A stretch of DNA of 63,998 nucleotides, the filler included, from Reclinomonas americana ATCC 50394 (Eukaryota), in assembly GCA_048213135.1 (NCBI GenBank). It is 9 parts of 9 records of this genome, joined end to end, with 100 filler letters (N's around TTAATTAATTAA, not from the genome) between each part and the next. Parts side by side here need not be neighbours in the genome. Positions count along the whole stretch, not along the records: positions 40,902 to 43,886 come from AFZH01022227.1; positions 43,987 to 47,636 come from AFZH01022228.1; positions 47,737 to 53,960 come from AFZH01022230.1; positions 54,061 to 62,775 come from AFZH01022231.1; positions 62,876 to 63,998 come from AFZH01022237.1; 4 more parts are not named here. One strand, given 5' to 3'. This document shows, in pieces, positions 42,746 to 63,998 of the stretch. The first letter of the stretch is position 1; the number at the start of each line of letters is the position of its first letter. The notes beneath the pieces are model-generated. The model had not been told where the DNA came from, did no database searches, and saw only the letters and a list, made by a program, of their open reading frames with translations. Made by a program: the position numbers and the translations under genes.

Positions 42746-43541
42746 GGTGTGTCGATAAACGGACAGTGGACAATTGACGTCCGTGTCCGATATTGCCTTA
42801 GAAATCGAGCAGCAGCTTCATTGATCCAACCAGCGATGCATAATCAGCATCTTTTGAGTGAGAAGCAGAAAGTGAGAAACTGCGAAATGAGTCACGGAGA
42901 ACGTCGAACATTCGAATGCGTTTCTTCAAGAGCGCTAGCAGCTGCGCAGTGGCTCGTGACTTGAGCATCGACTTGCACAACAGCAGCTGACACTGTATGC
43001 ATGCTGCCTTATCCCCTATCGTTTCCAAAACATCAATCTCGCGGGGCAGCTGCACGCTGCGCAGTGAATTTGGAACTTCGAAATCGAACACCGCGGACAG
43101 CAGCCCAAAGCCAGGCAAACACAGCGAAGTCGGATCCGGGTCCGCGAAGCAAGCAGAGCACGAAGTGGACTCAGAATCGCTTTTCTCAACTCGCGGACGG
43201 CAAATAATTCGAACGCGACACGAATCGGGATCGAAGGCGACCAACCAGGATCCCGACCATCCTTGCCGGAATTCACATACCGCTGCTGCCCATCCTCCCT
43301 GAAACACCATCGTTATCCGACCCACCCGTAATTCGAATCCGCAGGCGCAGCATGCACCCGCAAAACCGCTTCATGCATGCAATCACGAATTCGAATTCGA
43401 ATTCTCTCTCTTCCACCACGTACACAAGGAGAAGGCCTTGCTAGTACACGACAATACACAGCTTTGACTTGCATTGAATTTCATCGATCGATCCAACGGA
43501 ACAGTTTCTGCCTAACCCACGTCGAGCGCGCGCGATACACG

Positions 43542-55878
<12,337 letters not shown>

Positions 55879-55951
55879 GAGGGGATCTTTCTCGTTTGTA
55901 TTTTTCGTACGTAAATTGTTTCTTGTATTCTCAAACCTCCTGCACGTCTAG

Positions 55952-58900
55952 TCATCGATCATCATCGAAACGCTCAGCACCTACTCGTGAACCGATGCGG
56001 AAGGTGCCGAGCGCCGGGAAAAAGCTCAAGTACCGCAACGCAACGGCGTCGTTCAGCAGCGCCTGGGCGTCTTTGTAGTCTGTGCCACGAGCACCACGGT
56101 CAGAACCAAGTTTTCTTTCAAGATGGTACGCTGCTGCGTATTCGTACCAGTGTCGGCCAGAAAGAGAGAGGCAGCGTCCACTAACGTGCGCAGCACGAGA
56201 CCATGATTGGCGTTCTGCACGGCCGCGGGAATGAGAAACGAACTCGACGGGAGGGGGGAGGAGGGGGAGAACGAGCCCCAAGAACAAACACGAAACTCCA
56301 TCACGGTCAGAGAGCACTTGCACGAGGTGAACGAGGCGCAAAAACGGGTTGCGAGCGTACTTGGAGAGGAGAGCCGCGCGCTCAGCCGCAGGCCACACAG
56401 GTTGCCTCCCCGGCATCTCGTCGCTCGGCAGCATGACGAACTGCGAATCTGTGCTGGCACCAAGATACCCAATTTCGATGGCCCTTGCAATCAACTTTTT
56501 GAAAGTCCCGAGGCCTGCACAACTTGCTCAGACCCAGCAATCGATAGAGTGTGCGTGGAGTGATGATATTGCCGTACCAGTGGAGAAGAAGAATGAGGCA
56601 CGCTTGCTAACTTCTGTGCCAAGAGCCGTCTTGGGAATAGCCTGCGCCACTTGAAGTCAGAAGAACTCAGTGCATACGTCACACGCGTGCGCTCCACTCA
56701 CTCCCTCCGGGTCGGCAAATCGGCTTGCCATAGCCACCAGCTCACTCATCACTTCGTACTCGGAAGGCATTTCTTCCACTCGACGAGTCGACGCCTCCGC
56801 CGGCGAAGAGACTGCACGTAGTGAGAGAGATGGGTGAGCGATTCTGCCTCCCACCCACGGCTTTCACACTAAAAATAAACCACAATGCACCTGCCGCGGC
56901 ATCTGTGTAAAGAGCTGTCGTCGATATGTTCGCCAGAGCGCGCATGCATGCGGCGCAACCGCAACTCGAGAGCAATTCACTCCCCAACTGTCGTCCTTTC
57001 TCGGTCAGTTGCACATGTGTGCTGAATGCGGAGCACGGCTCAAAGTACTTTTCGTACAAGGCACGAAGGAAAATCGACAAGGCGTCGTCTCCACCTGCAG
57101 TGATTGCATGCGTAAGCAACACCGTCGATATTCACAAAAACTACCTTCACACACGAACTGTTCAACAGGAATTCGTCTGCCATCTGATCGTGGACCAGTG
57201 ATTCCAACGCTTCCCACTCGACTCTCTGGCGTGAAAAATATCGCTTTCGTGAGATCTGGAGCACCGCAGCGACAGCACACACGTCGAGTTCACACACCCC
57301 TTTTGCATCTGCCAAGCGGAGGGCTTCCTTTACCAAGAGATTGACTCGGCTCGCGTTGGATTTCACCGGCGGCGCAGCGGCGGCGGCGGCGGCGGCGGTT
57401 GCTACAAAACACACGACTTGAGATAAGATCCCACACGGGTGCATCATACAAAACAACGCAACTGGTCGGTGGCGCATGCTGGACGGGTTGTTCCGGTCCC
57501 TTGACGACAGGTGCGGTGGCGGCGATGGCGGCGGTCACTGCAAACACACACGACTTGAGATGGATACAATACAAGTACATTTCTTGCTCATGCAAATAAC
57601 GCAACTGGTCGGTGACACATAGCTAGCGGGTAGTGGCGAGACGATCATCGAGTCGGCGTGCTTAGGCGGCGGCGGCGGCGCAGCGGCGGTGGCGGTGGCG
57701 GTGGCGGTGGCGGTCGCTACATATATGTACACACGACTTGAGATGCCACACCAGGGCATCTCTTGTTCACACAACAACGCAACTTGTTGGCGGTGCCTGC
57801 TGGGTGAATTGTCTCTGGAAGACTGCCCCCTGGATGACTTGCATAGAGTAAGTCTTCTTTGGCGCTTCGACGGCAGTCGCTGCATACACACGCCTTGAGA
57901 TCACGAGTGCATTTCTTACTCATTCAGATCAACGCAACTGGCCGGTGGTGCCTGCTGGGCGGGTTGTTGCGGGAGGACTTCATCCTTGACGACTGGCATC
58001 GATTCGACCTTGCTTGGCGGTGCAGTGGCAGCGGCGGTGGCGGCGGTGGTGGTCGCTGCATACACGCGACTTGAGATAGATGCCACACGAGCACATTTCT
58101 AACACAATCAACGCAACTCGTCGGCGGTGCCTGCTGCTGCTGGAAGACTTCCCGCTTGACGACTGGCATCGATTCGACCTTCCGGGGCGGCGCAGCAGCA
58201 GTGGCGGCGGCGGTCGCTGTATACGCACGCCTTGAGATCACGAGTGCATCTTGCTTATTCACGCAAACAGCGTAACTGGTCGGTGGTGCGACTTCCCGCT
58301 TGACGACAGGCATCGACTCAACTTTCCGAGGCGGCGCAGCAGCAGTAGCGGTGGCGGCGGCGGTGGTTGCTGCATGCACGCGAATTGAGATAGATGCCAA
58401 ACGAGTGCATCGCTGTGCATTTTCTACGCAACTGCTCGGCGGCGGCTGAGGTGCCTCGTGCACGGGCTGGCCCAGAAAGTCTGCCGCACTTCGCACACAG
58501 ACGTGGTTGCGAACTGAAGTGCTTTCTCGCAAGTAGCCTAGCGATATGGCCAATTCCTTCAGGTCAGCGAACTTCGTGATTCCACAGTTGTAGAAGAACG
58601 AGGAATCGTCGTGGACGGCCTGGCCAACGGCTGCGCAGTTGGCTCGCTGTTGAAGAACGCGTCTCAGTCTGTGTTGCACGAGACCGCGCACCAATCAAAA
58701 GGCGCAACGTACCCCCTCACTGTCTGCACACTGGCGCACAATTTCCACCAGGCGCCTCATTTTCTCCGTCACCGATCCTGGAAAACACGCGACCTTGTGT
58801 CAACAAGAATGACGGTGCCAGGTAGACAACAGCGCGACTGCTGCTCTCAGACCTGGCACAGACAATGGCGGCGGGTTGACAACAGCCGCAGTCGGCTTTG

Positions 58901-61900
58901 ACGCCTGCTTGGCAACAGAGGAGGAAGAAGATCCGGAACCTGAGTTGGGACCGACTGGTGGCCGAGCTGGCGGCTGTTCCGAGCTCCCAACGATCGCCTG
59001 CGCCCCGAGACGCACGTAGTTGGCGTCGCCGCATGGTTGGAGCAGGCCTAGCTCAACAGCACGCTTGCGCAATGACTTCAGATCCGGAAACTCTGTAGTT
59101 GTGTGAGCGAAACGCCGTTCGATGTGCCCATGCAGCAGCAACACAGCAAGCGTACCGTGCGTGAAGAACAGACTTTGCTGTGCGGCCACTGCAGAACCAA
59201 GCGCCGACAGATGCGCTCGCTATACACACAAAAGGGATTAAGGTGTCACGCCACAACCACTCACAACGACGACTGTACACACCCCTTGTGCGTCTGCACA
59301 CGATGTCACATACTGCACCAGCTTCGCCATCTTTTCCTCCTCAGTGTCTGGTCATTGGTGTAAGCATGACGGTGATCGCGGTAATCGAGAGCAGGGAGAG
59401 GCGCAACATGGTCGTCTGCGCTTTCCCACGGCTGGACCACTGACAGGGCGCACGCAGTTGGGATCGTCGCAGATTTCGAGATATCCGAACTCCACCGCTT
59501 TGCTGACAAGGTCGGCGAGTCGCGGCGTATCTGCAACATTAGTGCCACGATGAACATGAGAGGTGATCCCCATGACAATAACACGCGACGCGCATATGCG
59601 GGAAAAACCTGCAGTCAAAAAGAGTGACGCCTCCTTCTTGACCTCCGAACCCAAGGCCGCCATGGGCACCACCGACTGTGCCAGTTGTCACTCAGGATGC
59701 ATGTTGCTACTGTGACAGGAGCCACGGATGACGAACCTTGAACTGTCCACAAAGGTTGCGCACAATCGCCACCAGGTGGCGCATCTTTTCCGTGAGGCGA
59801 GATCCGCTAGGTTCTGCACGGGACGTGAGCTCATGAGGCTGATACACCGGTGCGTGAAAGGGACTGCCGAGCCATACCTGCCGCTGCTGGATGTGACGGT
59901 GCAGCAGCCGCACTCGCTGCAGTCTTCACGGTCGTGCGCGCTGTCGGTGTTGTCGCCGACGAAGACGATCCCGCCGCATCCATACTCAACCAGGGTCGCG
60001 CTGACATGGAACCGGACTGTTTCTCTGTTGAACTCATCGCGGCTGCTCGTGGTCCGAGTCGAATACGATGCTTATCGTGTGTCATCAGTACTCCCAGGTC
60101 ACAGGCTCGGCGGAACAATGCAGAGAAATCTTCAACGCCTGCGCACATTACGTTAGCCATCCCCGGCGCACACAATACCTTGGAAAGTGAGACTGTCAAA
60201 CCGTTGCCGAAAAACAGGTCATGCTGCGCGGCCACCGCCGAACCGAGAATGCCCATGTCGACGGACTGATACAAGGAAAACAGTGAATGATCAGCAGAGC
60301 AACGCCCCCGCGTGTCACTTGGTAATGAAAACACACGTACCGCTCGTTCTGCACCGCAAGCAGTCATAATCTGCACAAGTTTGCTCATCTTCTCCTCTTC
60401 CGTGACTGTGCGCCGGCGGAAAAATCAGCATGCCACTTGTTGACGCGACTGGTGAGTTCTCGGCGGCGACGCAACATGGCTTCCGTGGCTTGCCAAAAGC
60501 AGAACCCGTAACTGGCCGCACACAGTTCGGGTCATCACAAACCTCGAGATAGCCGAGCAACACTGCTTTGCTGATCAATTTGACGACCGTCGGTGTATCT
60601 GCATGTGCGGTGAGACCGAGAGCACATGAACCAATCACACGCCACATGAGGCACGTACCCGGTGTCAGAAACATCGCCGACTGCTTTCGTACCGTATTGC
60701 CAACCACGCCCACTTGCGTTATCTAACAGATTCACCAACAGTCAAACGTGCGCTCTCCATGTGCTTCAAGTACGCCCAGTCCGCACTTACCCCATCGCTG
60801 TAGGCGTGACTCCGCACAATTGCCACCAAGTGACGCATCTTTGACTCCATGTCTGCACTCACCGTGCCTGCGCACGGCACCCACACGATGAGTTTTCTTT
60901 TTCAGTCGGGAGTGCACGACCAAGGCGACCGCACTTGTGACTCACTTGCGACTGGCGGGGGAGGTCGTGACGGGCCGGGAGCAGCCGCCGACACTGGCTG
61001 CACACGCGGAGCCGACGACGAAGCCTTTGCCAGAGTGGTCGAGTCGGAGGCGACCCACGCGCGCGCCGAGAGTGAACCTGACTGTCGACCGGCAGTTGCC
61101 GCCCGTGGCCCGAGTCGAACGTGATTCGGACCATCCGGCTCCAGTATGCCGAGTCGATAGGCACGCCGCCTCAAGCTCATGAGATCTTGTATGTCTGCAT
61201 TGCACGGAAGTCACCACGACGTGTGCCCCCACACACACCAGAAGCGGCCACTGACCGTCGGTGAAGAACAAACTCTGCTGCATGGCCACAGCAGTGCCGA
61301 GTTTCCCATTGTCCATTCGCTGTGGCGCAGCAGAGACACAACACACGCGTGAATCACTTGCATCGCAATTTTGTGCGCATTTGCCACACGAACCCCAGTG
61401 TCGTCGGCACTCGCCGTCACCATCTGCACAATCTTGGCCATTTTTTCGTCCTCCGTAACTGCGGCGCATGTGAGGCGACGGGCGAGGACAACCCACGCAG
61501 CAGAGGACGCAACGTGGCTGCCTCGGCCGTCCGGCCGCAGCACCAGAGACGACGCGCACATTGTCTGGGTTCTCACAGACTTCGAGCAGCCCGAGCTCCA
61601 CGGCCCTGCTGATGAGCTTGGCGGTGGTTGGCGTCTCTGCCAGCGAGAGGTTAGTTGCCATCACATGAACAGAGAGTGCACGCCAACGTACCGACTGTGA
61701 GAAAGAAAGACTCCCGCTTCTTCACTGCGGTGCCCATGCTTCCGATGTTCACGAACTGCACCGCACGCATGAGTTATTCCGTGGAGACGAGAGGGGAGAG
61801 AAAGGGAACGCACCCCACGACTGCCGGCCAGCTGACGGACTGTGGCAACGAGTTGGGTCATCTTTTCGACTTCTTGCGCTCGTGGGAACGGGTTTACGGG

Positions 61901-62625
61901 TGGCGGCGACAGCAGTGCATCCCGCTGCACCGGCGGAATCGCCAAGCCTGACTCAGTCAAAAATAAAAAAACAAAGAGGCGTGAGAATCACAAAAGAGCC
62001 CGAGGAGGAGCTGTGACGCACGAGGAACAACGGCTCTTGGCACAGCTGCGGCTGCTGATGGCGGCCGCGGTGGCGCAGGTGAAGGCGGTGGTGCAGCCGC
62101 CGAGGCCAGTGCAATCGCTGCATCTTGATCGTCCAAGTCGTCGGTCGCACGCAGCGTATGAGCACGGCCGCTGATGACTGTGACCAAAAGGGCGAAGAGT
62201 GAGGTTCTTATGCTGGAGAGTCGAGGAAGAGAGACTCGCCTGTGGCAGCAGCAGCTGATGATGACGATGATGAAGATGATGTGAGACGGATCATTGAGCC
62301 AGACAACTCAACGAGGCCTCGCAGTTGTGCCTCCTGCAGCACACTTGCGGGGTCGAGGTGAGGGCCTGCATAACATGCAGCGGAATGAGTGAGACCTCCA
62401 CACACACACAAACACAAAGAGAATGCATGTCACGTACATCGACTGGCGAGAATGGTCTTGATGGCAATCACAGCGGCGTTCTGTGTGTTTGTGTTTGTGT
62501 GTGTGCACGAGATGCATTGTGAGAAGAATAAAAGCTGTTGTCGTTAGTTGCACACACGCAACTCCACTGGCACCGGAGGTTTGCTGGATGGCGCGCATCA
62601 CAATGACCATGGGGTCGCCTGCTGC
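55952..62625 (-). CDS. Protein with ~10-11 LOTUS/OST-HTH-like winged-helix repeats (5' end lost in gap)
   Basis: Repeats EKMxxLVxIV....G|..(L/M)GxAV....F(F/L)..|..L..L..(R/K)A..LGxL......VR(L/P), each split by introns at equivalent positions. Confidence 0.7.
57290..58440 (-). repeat. Tandem exon+intron repeat (~7 units) encoding T/A-rich PPxKVESMPVVK linker
   Basis: Units of GTTGCG...(A)TCTCAAG.CG.GTGT..GCAG intron followed by CGACC(G/A)CCGCCGCC... exon. Confidence 0.8.
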
Positions 62626-63050
62626 CACACACACACACACACACAAAGTGAGTGAGTGCCTGCAAGTCTGCCTGTGTGCATCTACGCCCCACCGCCATCC
62701 GCACGCGGAGTGTGCATGCTTTCGTTGTGCTCCGTCTTGATTGGCAAACTAAGGACACGGACGGACGGAGGACGANNNNNNNNNNNNNNNNNNNNNNNNN
62801 NNNNNNNNNNNNNNNNNNNTTAATTAATTAANNNNNNNNNNNNNNNNNNNNNNNNNNNNNNNNNNNNNNNNNNNNCGCGATGTTCAGAGGCCTCGTTTCG
62901 CCGGCACCAAAAAGGCGCGATCGCATCCGCGCGCAAGCGCAGCTCATACGCGCCCTACGTGTGCCCAGAAAATAGGCATACCATTACGCTGCGTAAGCAT
63001 TTTTAACCCTCTTATCGTAATTGATCGCGCAACGATCTGGGGAGAAAAAA

Positions 63051-63998
63051 GTGCCGAAATTCCAGTCTTTGGGCGCCAAGGCGGCAGGCCTGGTCGTCGC
63101 GTTGTGCGTGGCGTGCTGCGCCGTGCTTCTCGTGCTGTCGCATTTCGCACTCAGGGCCGATGCCGATCTCGACATGTCGAAGGACGCCCTGGCGGCGCGC
63201 GGTCGTGCCCAGGACGTGCTGGCCAAGATCGGCCATCGGGTCGAAACCTACGCCTCGATCTACGCGACACATCCCGAGGTCGTGGCGGCCGTGCAGAGCG
63301 GCGACAAGGCCAGGCTGCGCGAGACCTTCGTGCGTCTCTTCGGCCAGATCAAGCAGCTCGACCCCGTCATCGGCACGCTGGAAGTCACCGATGCGAAGGG
63401 CGTCGTGATCATGCGGGGCCACAACCCCAACAGCGCCGGCGACGACAAGAGCAAGGACCCGTTGGTCAGCCGCGCGATCGGAGGCCAGTCGGCCAGCGGC
63501 CTTGCGGTCTCGGCCTCGTCGGGCGAGGTGGCGACCGAATCGGTCCAGCCGATCAATCTCGGCGGGCAGCGCCTCGGCACGCTGAAACTCGGCTCGCGCT
63601 TCAGGGCCGATACCGCGGCCGAGATCAAGCGGCTGACCGGCGCCGAGGCCGTGCTGATCTACAAGGGCAAGGTCAATGCCGCGACGCTGCCCGACCTGAC
63701 GTCCTTCGCCATCCCCGACGGGGCCCTGGCGGCGGACGCCACCGCCACGATGAACCTGAGCGGGCGTGCATTCGAGGTGTCGGGCCTGTCGCTTCCCATC
63801 ACGGGCGCCGACCCGCTCACCGTCGTGACCCTGTCCGATCGCGGGCCGCGATATGCGGCTCTGGTCGCCTTCGAGCTCAGCCTCGCCGGCAAGGCGCTGC
63901 TCCTGCTGCTGGTTCTGGTGCCGCTGGTGGCGCTGATCTCGCGCCGCAGCGTCCGCTCGATCGAGCAGCTGACCGGCGTGATGAAAGCCCTGACCGCG
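63051..63998 (+). CDS. Bacterial Cache-domain membrane sensor, probable methyl-accepting chemotaxis protein (3' truncated)
   Basis: GGAGA RBS, GTG start, intronless with high GC3; TM1 AGLVVALCVACCAVLLVL; dCache-like LEVTDAKGVVIMRGHNPNSAGDD; TM2 ALLLLLVLVPLVALI; HAMP start RSIEQLTGVMKAL. Confidence 0.88.
   Translation, partial: MPKFQSLGAKAAGLVVALCVACCAVLLVLSHFALRADADLDMSKDALAARGRAQDVLAKIGHRVETYASIYATHPEVVAAVQSGDKARLRETFVRLFGQIKQLDPVIGTLEVTDAKGVVIMRGHNPNSAGDDKSKDPLVSRAIGGQSASGLAVSASSGEVATESVQPINLGGQRLGTLKLGSRFRADTAAEIKRLTGAEAVLIYKGKVNAATLPDLTSFAIPDGALAADATATMNLSGRAFEVSGLSLPITGADPLTVVTLSDRGPRYAALVAFELSLAGKALLLLLVLVPLVALISRRSVRSIEQLTGVMKALTA

Noticed and set aside
42798..43450. 175-aa minus-strand ORF and GAATTC/TTCGA-rich stretch ending in CTAG (possible transposon or Helitron remnant)
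   Set aside because: No recognisable domain, terminal repeats or convincing hairpin; it may simply be intergenic.

Overview
Intron-rich eukaryotic (protist-like) genomic DNA, with most introns about 55-100 nt and all inferred ones GT-AG. It is interrupted by eight 100-nt N/TTAATTAATTAA spacers; at least four fall inside genes, so they behave as scaffold gaps. Bases 1-19,100 hold a dense ubiquitin-system cluster: a myristoylation-motif USP deubiquitinase head-to-head with a diverged UBA1-family E1, three paralogous RBR E3 ligases (two with CPH-like SH3-type repeats, one lacking the RING2 catalytic CxH), and an E2-fold protein lacking the canonical active-site Cys. These are interspersed with an EGF-repeat membrane protein, a Cys-rich repeat protein and a small unknown protein. 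Next come an OSCA/TMEM63 channel, an ADF-H + CAP C-terminal (CARP) fusion, a putative transcription factor, an unknown helical protein, DHX16/Prp2, mitochondrial uL15, a FAM228-like gene, Furry/TAO3 and a protein with about 10 LOTUS/OST-HTH-like repeats. The last 1.1 kb, after a spacer, is intronless bacterial DNA encoding a Cache/HAMP chemoreceptor-like protein. Many splice donors have the unusual form GTTGCG. All gene models were spliced by eye and all family calls are motif recognition from memory, not database results.
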